A stretch of 63,379 nt of DNA, the filler included, from Nemertoderma westbladi (Eukaryota > Animalia > Xenacoelomorpha): the NCBI GenBank assembly GCA_032718475.1. It is 4 parts of 4 records of this genome, joined end to end, with 100 filler letters (N's around TTAATTAATTAA, not from the genome) between each part and the next. Parts side by side here need not be neighbours in the genome. Positions count along the whole stretch, not along the records: positions 1 to 22,859 come from JAUCBJ010002737.1; 3 more parts are not named here. The stretch is one strand, 5' to 3'. A program made the position numbers and the translations under genes. Positions within the stretch are counted from its first letter, which is position 1; the number at the start of each line of letters is the position of its first letter. This document shows positions 1 to 11,485 of this stretch, piece after piece. Below the pieces are notes generated by a model. That model had not been told where the DNA came from. It made no database searches and saw only the letters and a list, made by a program, of their open reading frames with translations.

Positions 1-1230
1 TACATAAACATCGAGGTAATTTTGGATCATATAGGAAACAGACATCTCCTACTGATGGAAGTAATTGTGATGTTGCGGAACGATTATTGACTTTATGCGA
101 TCTCTTAAATAGCATAAGTAATCTTCTCTCCAACTTCTCCAGAAAAAGTTTGGAGGCTATTTCCTGATAGCGAGTTCTGTTAATGAGGTTTGACTTGGTT
201 AATTCTAAATTGAGCGATCTTATGTTTGGTGCTGGAAGTGCACATACTCTTCACCCAGCAAGAAAATGGCTAGGTTTTAGAATATCGATAGTATCATTAC
301 TATCTGACAAAATGTACGTTAGTGGACGGCTGTTTACAGAAGCTTCGCACGAAGTTAGAACTGTTTGAAACTCTTCATCTGCCAACACAGCTCTTTCTAC
401 CATTTTTCTCAAATTTCCCTTTATGATACATATACATCTCTCAATGAACCCGTGAGCTGCAGGATATCTCTCAATATTTAAATGCCATGTGATTGATAAG
501 TCTCCGAAAGTCTTCTTTACCAAATCACTATGTAATAATTTTCTATATATATATCGAAATCTTGTTTAATAATCGTGTTTAAGAACGTTTAAATGTACTA
601 TTGTTATCACTAAAGATTAGTGAAGGAACTACTTGCCAACTTATGAATCTGTTAAATAAATGCGATAAGAAGTAATTTTACTTGTAAACTGGATACAGTT
701 TCTAAGTGTACTGCTCTAACTACAGCAACATGTAAATAGGCACACATAGACTTTCATAGTAAATCCTTCGGGGTCTGACAAAGTGCGGACTACTTTCAGA
801 GGTCCACAGAATTCAATTTCTACGTGACTAAATGCTGGTAGTTCAGCTGTTCTTTCTAGAGGCAAGGGGCTAACGGGGGGTGGTGTTTATGGGTTCCCTT
901 GTATTCTCTTGCAAATTGAATTGTTGTTTTAATAATTTGCTGTGCACGAAGAATCCAAAATTGTTCCCGTATTTGAGCGAGTGTACTTCTCACCCTTGAA
1001 TGATTGATATAATTGTGTGCACTGCGTATTAACAGCTTATAATGATCAGTAGGGGGAAGTGATATAGGGTTTTTTGTATGCCAAGGTACTACTGGACTTG
1101 TAATTCGTCCCGTAGCATGGAGTAAATCTTCTAAATCAATAAACAAATTCAGCTGTTTCACTATATTAGGGCATTTATTTCCCTGTGGGTGATGAAGGTA
1201 GTTAAGTTCGGTAAAGTGGTTTGTTGGCAT
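1..1230 (-). mobile_element. Degraded BEL/Pao LTR-retrotransposon pol fragment (integrase region)
   Basis: Broken minus-strand ORFs 856..1230 (LNLFID..GRI, H..H..TLAQIREQFWI) and 251..523 (EFQTVLTSCEASVNSRPLTY..LKPSHFLAG) match Pao integrase motifs; stops and frameshifts present. Confidence 0.85.
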
Positions 1231-1243
1231 ACTTTCAACAACA

Positions 1244-1358
1244 AAAAGTTAATAAACAAGAGTCTTACACCCCATAAACTACATAAAATATAGAATCAGG
1301 ACATGGTTCTATGTTTTTTGTAGTTTATGGGGTGTAAGACTCTTGTTTATTTACTTTT
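1244..1358. repeat. Near-perfect ~55-bp-stem palindrome (miniature inverted-repeat element)
   Basis: aaaagttaataaacaagagtcttacaccccataaactacataaaatatagaatca pairs with tggttctatgttttttgtagtttatggggtgtaagactcttgtttatttactttt around a 5-nt loop. Confidence 0.9.
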
Positions 1359-1699
1359 AATTTAATATATACAGTACATAACAACCCCCTGATAGTCAGT
1401 ATGACGTTACATTCAATTATCATATGCTGAAAACAGTCCTGGGGGAGAGGATGCACTATGTCATGAAAAAATGATAAACTGGAGACGCATGGGACCTGAA
1501 ACAGCGATAATGGACCTAAAATTGGCATACATGCAAATATAATTTGAAAAATCACTACGACTGTGGACTGTGTAAGACTGTGGTATGCAATAGATACAGA
1601 TACATTGTCACTAGAATAAGGTTTAGACTTGGGCTGGCCCCGAAAATCAAGGACAATACCGTTGAGGCAACTCTGTCCCAAAACGAAAATGTGACGAAA

Positions 1700-4600
1700 G
1701 CTACAGACTACCTTCCATGATGATGTCTACATGGAACAGATTAGATCTCTACTGAAGAGATGCGAAGCCACCTGCTAGATTACGGCCTGCTCATAAAGGA
1801 TGCTGAGATAGTAGGTAGTGGCAAGCAAGAAATTCAAGTATCAAGAGATAATTTCAACATTGAACTGGAGGCAAGAGTCTAAAATTGCTGTAAATATTGG
1901 GGAGAATATCACACGGCGCAAGTTGCACTCTATATGTGGGCAGCTGCAAAATATTGCTGATGCACTGACAAGAGTACCCAGAGAATGGATAAAACCAACG
2001 AACGATGTCAAGGAAGATTTAGTAGATATCGAAATCGAAGATACGACTCAACTGGATCCAGCAAGAGATGATGACAATTTCAATCAAGAACGAATAGCGA
2101 AGTTGCATCGGATAGCACATCAGGGCACAAAACACACCTTAGAGCTGTGCAATCGAAATTGGGCCTTAACCCTATTAGTACTGGGCTATAAAATGCTGTA
2201 CAAATACCGGGGGGGGGGGGGGGGGGGTCATATTGACCCATCCCTCTAAAATCTACAAATATTAACGAAAATGTCTGATTTTTTGTTTGTACGTAGGTAT
2301 CACTAGTCTGGATCCGACCGAAAAAAAAAATTTCGAAAAAATGTACTGGGGTGGTATTATTGCAGCACCAAAATTACAAGTAGTGCACAATTTTCACAAA
2401 ATTTGAAAGTTACATTTTTCGGCTAATTATTTTTCAATACAGGTTTTCTGGGGCGCAAAATACATTGGAAAATATTTAAAAATGATATGATTACCATAAA
2501 TGGCTGTTTAGTCCTCTATGCGTAGGAAAAAAAATGAAAAAAACAAGTAACCAGCACTTTTCAGTTAGAACACAAAATTTTTAATTCACTTATACGATGC
2601 TATAACTTCACATTTTCAGGTTTTCTAGGGCGCTGATTCTAATGGAATACATTTCAAATATGCCAGATCATTGCTACTTGTATTTTTCGGCGTAATTTGG
2701 CAAATTTTGATGCTAGCACCAAATTTCGTACCCATCACCAAAAAGTACAAGTTTGCGATGTCCAGTGCTGTTTTTATTGATTCCATCGGATTCAGGGCCC
2801 TCACAAACCCGTATAACGCAAGAAACAAGATGATACTATCTACTGATCAATTTACTCATTTTCCAAAATTTGGTGCTGGCACAACAATTTTCACCTCCAC
2901 CGGCGAAAAATACAAGTTTAAAAACTCTTATGAAATTTTTACTGATTCCATTGAATTCAGAACCATAACAAACCCGTATAACGCAAGAAACAAGATGACA
3001 CAATCAATTGATATATTTGATGGTTTTCAAAATTTGGTGCTAGCACCACATTTTGCACCCACTTCCGAAAAATACAAGTTTGAGATGTCTAGTTCGATAA
3101 TTATATATTCCATTGAATTCGGAACAGCATAAACCTCTAAAATGCAAGAAATAAATTGTCACAAGCAATTTTATCTATTGAATGGATTTTCAAAATTTCG
3201 TGCTAGCACCAAAATTTGCACACAGCACCGAAAAATACAAGTTTGATACGCTTGGTGCAATCGTATATATTTAATAGAAACCAGAACCCCAAAAAACCCC
3301 AATTGCTTAAAAAACAAGTTTCAAACAATCAATTTACAAAATTGACATATTTCAAAATTTGGTGCTGGCACCAAAATTTGGCACCCGCCGAAAAAAACAA
3401 GTTTGAAATTTCTAAATCAATTTATATGAATTTCATCCAATTGCTAACACCAAAAAACCGGTATAATTCAAAAATAGAGATGTTACAAATCATATTTAAT
3501 GAAATGTAATTTTCAAAAAAACGTCTCAAAAAAAGTGCCAAAAGTCGGGTTAAAAAATGGTGCTATAACTCGAAAACCACCCAATATTTTTGAAAACGGT
3601 TTTCACTACTTGGAAGACAATAGATTTTTAGGAAAATTCATAAAATTTCAGATTCCCAACTGCGTTTGTTTCAGAATTATAATAAAAAAACCACGGGGGG
3701 TGGGTCATATTGACCCCCCCCCCCCCCCGGGTTTAATAGGGTTAAAGAAACCAGTCAGTAAACAGCTCGTTCAGGATGTATACAACAAATACATAGAATG
3801 CAACAGCATTGAACCCAGTCCTGCTGCCTTCGAACAGGGAAAAGTAGATATGCTGTGGGCACATTTATCAATGGATTTTACACTACACAGTATGGGAATA
3901 GGAAACATTTGATAATAATTGATTGTTCATCCGGATATACTATTTGTAGACGGGCTGCAAACAAAGAAACACTGCTGGTAATTAATGAGCTGGATGAGGA
4001 CCACCACATGAGGTCCTGGCTAACCAAGGGCCAGCACTTCGAAGTAAGGAGTTTGATGAGTTTTTGGATAGTTGGAAAATTGTACGAATTCCAGCCTGTG
4101 AATGCCATCCTAAAGAAAACCTTGATAGGGTGCACCGCACAATTAAAAAGTGGGCAGCATGGTCTGGTAAAACGTTTGAGCAAGCCACATTTATATACAA
4201 TAACACTACAAGTATGGGTCATCGAGCCAGCCCTATGAAAAAGTGCAGGGAGGGAATAGTGAGATGTGAAGTAGAGATACCAGTTGTTACCCCTATCTCA
4301 ACCAGCTCTTGGAAAGCACAGCCGGATCATCCATCGAAGTATAAACTTAAAGTTGGTGACCTGGTTTTCGTCAAACCCGATCAACATGTTCATTACTCTA
4401 CTCGGTGGAAGGGTCCTATTCACATTGATGCTGTTGAATCAATCAATCAATGTAATCAATTTGCTGTGTATGTTAATGGTATCCGCAGACATATCCAGGA
4501 TGTACGAAAAACAACTGCCCCAATCAATGACAATCGAGATGGAGAACACTTTGTCAATAACTCAAACTGAGACAGAGAATATAATGAGTCAAGCGATGAA

Positions 4601-4720
4601 GGAACTGTGGAGGAAGAGGCACTGGGTGAGTCACCAGAAGGTGATCCAATGGCAACAAAGGTCATCTCACATGCAGGATGGGTTATATGCCCACCTTGTC
4701 ACTATGAACGCTAACTGAAT
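1700..4720 (+). mobile_element. Degraded Gypsy-like LTR-retrotransposon pol (RNase H end and integrase), split by a DNA-transposon insertion at 2170..3741
   Basis: NIADALTR (RNase H end); LHRIAHQG..|..IEC (HHCC zinc finger, split); SMDF, IIIDCSSGY, DRVHRTIK (integrase core); RWKGP (GPY/F-like). Several frameshifts. Confidence 0.75.
2170..3741 (+). mobile_element. Non-autonomous piggyBac-like DNA transposon, copy 1
   Basis: TTAA at 2166-2169 and 3742-3745; termini CCCTATTA...TAATAGGG; subterminal G/C tracts around tcatattgaccc; internal ~163-bp tandem units; second copy at 36551..38028. Confidence 0.85.
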
Positions 4721-4735
4721 CAGAACTGAATGAAA

Positions 4736-5070
4736 TGTGAAACCTATAATTTTTGGAGCTGTAACGGATTCTGAAAGCAAAAGGCAGACAAACTGGGTAA
4801 GGTGAAGCCGAACTAGTTTTATAAATTTTATATTCATCAGAATCTGGGGAAGGTATAGGACCTATGTTGGCCAGGGAAAACAGGGGATGGGACAGTCGAA
4901 CTGTACTGCAGTACTGGGTGGTGACAGGCGGGAGTGTACTGATACGGTAATTTACCCTATACTGATTATTCATTATTGACTATCAGATTATATGTGTCTT
5001 ATTATTCTGTACATAAATGCATTTTGTACACAAACACTATAATCCCAAACTCTCTACTACATCTACTACA
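4736..5070 (+). repeat. Possible 3' LTR of the Gypsy relic
   Basis: Starts TGTGA and ends CTACA just downstream of the integrase; no partner LTR in the window to confirm. Confidence 0.3.
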
Positions 5071-5287
5071 TGTTCAGGGAGGCATTCCAAACCACCAGCT
5101 CACTTTGGTTTCTGCAACACATAGATGTTGCATGCACATGGGGGTGTGTGAAGATTTATATGTTGTGAAGAACTAGAGACTTTAGGATTTAAAGAGGAGG
5201 ATCTAAGACTGGTATTATCTGTTGTCTGATTTTAATACTATTTCCACTGTCCACTGTCTAACTTCGCTCGACCAAGTAGTAGTAGTA
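5071..5287 (+). mobile_element. Short 3' fragment of an RTE-clade LINE
   Basis: Ends ttcgctcgaccaagtagtagtagta, nearly the same as the 3' end and (TAG)n tail of the RTE element at 11486..17118. Confidence 0.55.
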
Positions 5288-6059
5288 TGGCATACAACAG
5301 TTTCATGCTTTTATTTCTGGCATTTCTAATGTACTTCTGCACTATATAATATATTGATAACCGGTACCTTTTCTGATATCCTTTTATGATTTCTGTATTG
5401 GATGTTCTTACTTTGGCTCATATTGGATTATACATACCAAGACTGTTGCATATTACCTGCCTTGTCTTCCTTATATCTACAGGACATTAATATCGAAGGT
5501 TCCTTCCTGTACATTTCCGACTCACAAGCCACATTATGGAAATGATTTTCTATACACAACTAAATCCCTTGAAAGAAGGTAATATCAACATGGGTGGAAT
5601 AGCAGGATCAACTCTTGCGAATTCTCAGTAGCTTGTAAATATAATTAAAATTAGATTGTAAATCGATAAATTGTAAATAACATAACATAACATTCATATA
5701 TTAATCATTTAAAACGATATATAGTCACTCCATCAAAATAAAATAAAATGTCGCAACAATGCAACAAAATATCTGTATGTCCTCAGACAAACCATGCTAG
5801 CTCAGTTTTGCCCAAATTGACCTATAATATATATTACTGTATGTTACATATTAGAGAACTTTATATTGATGAGTGTAAGGAGACAATAGGCCCAATTAAA
5901 TTTGTATACGGAATATCTATAATGGAATATAAGAAATTTAAATATCTATATAAATAAAAGTGAAAGCAAAGTCATTGGTGAACGTGTGAAACCCGAAACA
6001 CTGGAGGCAACCCGAGAGCTCTCTCTTGGCTGTTAGCTATGGAGCAGGGAAGGTTCCAC

Positions 6060-6460
6060 ACTTATACTCCATAAAAACTTTTTCCTGTTTCGATGGTATA
6101 CATGAACTGTTTCTGCATCTGTTGTCTTAACTGTCTCTGTGACAGCAGTATAGCCATCACCATGATCTTTTGCCCCAGATGCAAGGGTCTCATACCGTCA
6201 TACCTGTTGCTCAGCTGTAGTGTAAACCTTGATCTCACAGGGCTGTTGCAATAGAGAGGACCAGTCATACCTTGGAAAGTTAAATTTCTTAGTCCTGCTA
6301 GCATGGCGAAAATGGAGACAAAGTCTTATCTTAGTCACAATAAGACAATGATCACTGGTGAAGGTGCGAAGAGTAATTCATGTACAATCATGTACAGAGC
6401 TCCTCTATTTCTTACGAAACAGAATATGGTCTATCTGATACTTATAACCATTGGGTCCAG
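6060..6460 (-). mobile_element. Degraded LINE (RTE-like) endonuclease fragment
   Basis: Minus-strand translation gives YQIDHILFRKK*RSSVHDC and TSDHCLIVTKIRL, the end motifs of an APE endonuclease domain. Confidence 0.6.
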
Positions 6461-7707
6461 TATGTGTCCACAGCTTTCCAGTTCGCTTGTGGAACTGGGG
6501 CCCAGCTGAGAACAATCCATTTCCAGAGATGAAGTCCTGAAGATGGACTAAATTTCGCTTGACATTGCTGTAGACCCATGGCTGTGTTGAGGTACAATGT
6601 AGACTGGTATGGTATTGATGTCACCCAGGAAGGATAGTAATTCATGCTGATCCACTCCATCAATAGCTGCTTGTTGACTGGTAGAATTTTCCACCTCCTC
6701 TACTGGGGGGATACTATGAGTGAATGAATAGCATACGTTTTAAGGACCCTTTTGAAAATAAGGTTATACCTTAAGGGACATTTCCTTGCACATGCATTTG
6801 ATGCACCATGGTATAATTTACATATCATTTTATTGGTACAACCTTTAATGGACATATCATTTTTACTGGAACGTTTTACATTTTAAATGGATGTATCGAT
6901 TATGTTGGATCCTTTTTTATTTAATTGCTGCCTTTTAAAACAGACTTTTGTATATCGTTTGACTTAAAAAAACAATATGAAGATTAGCCTATATTTTTAT
7001 TGATGCTTTTAAATTTTAAATCCTGTACAATAACATAATTTTTCCAATATGAATTTTACTTTATGTGTTAATGTTAGTCTGTTGTTATTCTTGTCGATCA
7101 CCCAACATATTTTTATTGTGTTTTTAATTAGTGTACGTTTTAGACTGTTACAGTAGAACAATTTGTTCCATTTGTTGTATAATATTTTGTTTAATTTGAC
7201 TGCAATTAACAATTACAATCAGAACAACCTTAGGAAAATACTTAGCCAGTCTTCCACAACATGAGAAGAGGCAACGAATTATGCTGTTGGTGGTCTAATT
7301 TGTCCAATGCTGCATGTGCACTGTGCAGTTGATTTCATCAATAGACCAAATAATACTACTGCAAGGGCAAGTCACCAACCATCCCCATGTCCTTAATCAT
7401 AATCTTGTCAATCTGTCCTGTCTGTATTTGGTGCTCTGCATTAGTCATTAAACTAACTCCCAAGGTATAGTACTCTTACTATCCAAACCCTGAATTTACT
7501 CCCCCAGCATATCCAGGTACCCACTTACAGCTGGGTGGACTGATCCTAGCTGCTTAGAGTTAACATATATTAATAAAAACTCATGACGGAAAACTGAAAC
7601 TCTGAAAAACATTACATAGGCCCACATTAAAATATTAAACCAAAGAAAATTAACTTGAAATACACCTATAAAAAGAACAATCTGATACCACCATCACCTT
7701 AGATCTT

Positions 7708-9021
7708 CTACTTGTTAATAGCACACCCGAAAATAAATACAGCTATCAAAGAGAAAATAAATGGTAATCCCAACAGACTGAGAAATGAGCAAGCAATTTC
7801 CATGCCAAAATAATCATTCAGAATCCCACCAATTATGGGACCTATGATAGCCCCAATAGACATTGAAATTCGCATCATTTGTTGGAGAAGCGATCTAGTG
7901 TCAACATTACCAGGATAGCCACAAACTTTGATAACAATTTGGGTTTGTGTTTCCAGTGAAGGTGTTAGGAATAATCCACCCCCGACTCCAATGAGAGCAC
8001 ACCCAATGATGGATATAGCAAGATAATGGGGTAAACCCAGTAATTTAGTAGGACCTATAAAATGCATTGATACTGATAGTAACATTGCACCAAATACAGT
8101 TGGTACGATAGGTTTTAAATGCTTCATCATTAAGGAGATTATTAGACTAGTGGGAAATAGAAGTCCCGAATATATCATATAAATAGGACCAATATTGTAC
8201 TGGTTGACATTGTAGTTGTGGTGAATATAGGCAGCATAGTTCGCAACTGTAAATGCTGAAACTATTCTCCAATAAATGTTCAATATAAATATAAGTGTTA
8301 TTGCTGGATTTTTCAGAACTCCACGATAAGTTGGTCTGACATCTTCCGATTGATATCTGTCATAAATATATGCTGGCGCCTCCTTCCAACAATAAAGAAC
8401 GACAATAAGATACATTAAACCGGATATTATCAATGGGAACTCAAAACCCAATGCAGCGAACATTGTTGAACCAAAAACTGGAGCAATCATAATTCCCAAA
8501 GTGTCACAAACAATTGCTAGACTGGTTAATAAGGTTCTTTGTTGTGGCCACAATTCCATCAATAGGCTGTATGAGTACATGAAACTGATGCTGAGTCCAA
8601 CAGCCTCAATTAGGCGCAGTGAAAAACATACGAATATGTATATTATTCCATTGCTTTTAGGTATATATTCAACAAACCCAAATGCCAACTGAGAAAGTGT
8701 CCCAATGATACCGAATATGCCCAGAGATATACGAGTACCCCAGTTGTTGATAGAATGGGGAAAAGTAATGTATATTATTAATCTCGCAATGGAAAATGTT
8801 GCCAGTAATGCACCAATCAGAGTCTTCGACCATCCACGCTCTTCTACAACAATTGGGAAGAAGGTCTCTAATAGATTGTGACACCATCCTGGTATCATCT
8901 GATACAATAACAACATGCCCACCAAAATGTAAAGTCTCCAGCCCGTTTGATGGCCTCTCTGATTTGTTAGCATTCTATTTGTATCGCGGGAAATATTGGA
9001 AGCTGCTTCCTGTGACATCAT
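7708..9021 (-). CDS. Intronless MFS transporter, SLC18B1-like (~437 aa from the first ATG)
   Basis: Uninterrupted hydrophobic multi-TM ORF; FFPIVVEERGWSKTLIG, FGFVEYIP..FVCFSLRLIEAVG and SIGAIIGPIIGG..DYFG resemble the SLC18B1 family. The ORF-track start at 9030 is TTG; first ATG is 9021. Confidence 0.85.
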   Translation of the reverse strand: MMSQEAASNISRDTNRMLTNQRGHQTGWRLYILVGMLLLYQMIPGWCHNLLETFFPIVVEERGWSKTLIGALLATFSIARLIIYITFPHSINNWGTRISLGIFGIIGTLSQLAFGFVEYIPKSNGIIYIFVCFSLRLIEAVGLSISFMYSYSLLMELWPQQRTLLTSLAIVCDTLGIMIAPVFGSTMFAALGFEFPLIISGLMYLIVVLYCWKEAPAYIYDRYQSEDVRPTYRGVLKNPAITLIFILNIYWRIVSAFTVANYAAYIHHNYNVNQYNIGPIYMIYSGLLFPTSLIISLMMKHLKPIVPTVFGAMLLSVSMHFIGPTKLLGLPHYLAISIIGCALIGVGGGLFLTPSLETQTQIVIKVCGYPGNVDTRSLLQQMMRISMSIGAIIGPIIGGILNDYFGMEIACSFLSLLGLPFIFSLIAVFIFGCAINK

Positions 9022-9143
9022 GTAAACCAATTAGAGTAAATCAATTCAAAGGAAAAAATAGTAGTGTAGATTAACTAAACGAACTACCTTAAACAATTGA
9101 CTTCTAGAATATTATTTGTACTTATGGTATAAATAATTATATA

Positions 9144-9752
9144 CGTCATTGTTCATAAAGTAGTACTTTTTAGCGTTACGGCACGAGTGATGTTAATAAT
9201 AAAACGAGAGTCGCAAAAGCTATAAAGTGCTAATTATGAACAATGGCGATTCTAATTTTATTTATTTGTGGGGAATTATTTGTAACATTTACATAAACTT
9301 TCTAGACAAACCTTGTATCAGGAAAGCATGACATATTAACTATATACATCATTGTTCCAAAATGGCACTTTATAGCGTTAAGGTACAAGGAGAGTGAAAT
9401 AACAAAATGAGGGCCGTAATAACTATAAACGTCATTGTTCATAAAATATCACTTTATAGCGTTACGGCACGAGTGATTTTAGAGTGAGTGCGGGCTGTAA
9501 AAGCTTTAAATTGCTAATTATGAACAATGGCGAATCTAATTTTATTTATTTGTGGGGAATTATTTGTAGTTATGCACTTAAACTTTCTAGAACAACATAT
9601 TACTGACGCGGTGATATACTGGAAATACATAGTAAAATGTATGGCGTTGGGACATACTGATAAATAATGTCGCACTGCCATGTAAAGTTAGAAAATATGT
9701 CGCCCTGGCGATTTGATAGTTCGAAATTAATTCCACACAAATAAATAAAAAT
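9144..9752. repeat. Degenerate tandem and inverted repeat cluster (MITE-like) upstream of the MFS gene
   Basis: Three copies of cattgttc(a/c).aa..ttatagcgtta.gg.ac; two close with the inverted ttatgaacaatgg; tttatttatttgtggggaatt is inverted at ~9727-9750. Confidence 0.6.
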
Positions 9753-10872
9753 TTATTACTATTTTATTACTATATTTAATAACAATTATTTCAGTTTCAA
9801 TTTTCTTAGTTAAGTTCATTATGTGAATATTATATAGCACTCTGTTTCCCTCCTATTCAAAGATGTAAAATAATTGCTGGTCGGAATCAATTTTACATGA
9901 TGGATCATAAGGAAAATGAGGTCTTTGAGGTCATTCACCCCATCCTCAGAGACCTAACACATTTTCGTGAAATCTCTTTGAACTCGATTGCTGCAAAACT
10001 ATACTATTACACCATAATAAGTAATATAGTGTCATTTTCTGATGACACGGACCAATCCTCATATCATTAGAAAGCTTGCTATGGGGCGCCGTTTGGGCCA
10101 AAACAAAATAATAATCAATACATTAGAAATGTTCTCGAGCAACAATGGTGATTATTATTTTTACTCTGAATTGAGGTGATTACGTAAAACAAACGTTTGT
10201 CTGTCTGTCTGTCTTCTAAATTTTGACGGAAAAACTGATACACGGAAAGACAGAGAGAGATAACACGAGAATTAAAAAAGATCTCGCCATTCTATTCTAT
10301 ATACTTAGACACGTTTTCGCTTCCATATTCTATGGCAACTGTTCTATACACTAATCTATCCGGTTATCATACTATTACTTTTTGGTGTCATACTTTAAAA
10401 CGCTCAACCCCACTCGAGTTAAAACAAAATTATCCGTTGTATTACTTTTAATCATGTTCAACCTTCCTCTACACCCATATATAAATCGAAAACACCAATT
10501 TATGTATGAAGTCCACAATAAACTGCCTCATGAAATTCCTCAAATACATAACTTAAAATTAATTTAACGTCCACTGTCCGTCCATCCATACTAATCCGGA
10601 TTATTTCCGCACACTAAATTTAACATAAACCGTTGGATGCCGGCCATTACCCAAATGTGCCCTAGAAGTCGATAATATGTCGCATGCAGTAACGTCACCT
10701 TCAATGCTGAACCCCCTAAGTCGATTTATGTAGTTCTGAGATAATCGATAAAAACTGTTTATATTTTAGAGAGATGCCTCAGTTTACTTGTTATTGTGAC
10801 AACTAAATATATATAGAATTCATATAACTAAACTTTCAATTTGATTTAGATTTTGATTTGATTTTGCAGTTT

Positions 10873-11030
10873 TTTTTGTAAAAATTCTGACTTATGGTGT
10901 TTTGCCAAAACAAGGGGGAACACCGTTTTCTGGTATTATCCCGTAACTATACGATAGTTGCGGGGTAATGCCTAGAAAACAAGGTATCCTCAATTTGGCA
11001 AAACACCATAACTCCGAATTTTTACAAAAA
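10873..11030. repeat. ~158-nt imperfect palindrome
   Basis: ttatggtgttttgccaaa pairs with tttggcaaaacaccataa; pairing extends inward to a 3-nt loop (10951-10953) and outward. Confidence 0.85.
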
Positions 11031-11319
11031 TAAAGGCAAAATATATCAAATACTAGCCAAGGCGTATCGGGCATCCTTAATTATTTAGTGAGTAGTGCGC
11101 ACGTAATACATGTACGCATTTGTTATTAGCTAATTATTATTAGCGTTCTAACATGTTAACTAGCACATGAGCAGCAGGTGTTAGGTGTTAGGTGTTAGGT
11201 GGAGGGGGGTGGGGATGTGGGGGTGTGGGGGGGGGGGGGGGGTAACATGAATGGTGGGGTAGGAGGTAAATTGAAAATATGGGGTTATAACAGCGGTAGT
11301 CTATTGGTACCTAAGGACT

Positions 11320-11485
11320 GAGCCATCTATCATCACTGTTTTGAAACTGATCATGCGATGTGTACAATCGATAATTTTTCGATTATTGGTTCCGTTAATA
11401 ACAGTTTTGACACAGCCATTAAAGAGTCCCTTTCCATTCGAGACATTCAACCTACCCTTCTTAATAAAGAGATTAGTTTTCTTTA
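11320..11485 (+). mobile_element. Penelope-like element 3' fragment (end of GIY-YIG domain); continues at 17130..~17330 after the RTE insertion
   Basis: Frame from 11322 reads AIYHHCFETDHAMCTIDNFSIIGSVNNSFDTAIKESLSIRDIQPTLLN, the typical Penelope GIY-YIG C-terminus (H..H..NF.I..IKES..I..P.LN). Confidence 0.7.

Noticed and set aside
2625-3912. Several 67-153-aa ORFs, and their mirror images at 36542..37769
   Set aside because: They lie in the non-coding piggyBac-like element, show no transposase motifs and are not kept intact between the two copies.
11176-11200. (TTAGGTG)n as a telomeric repeat
   Set aside because: Only about three copies and not a canonical unit.
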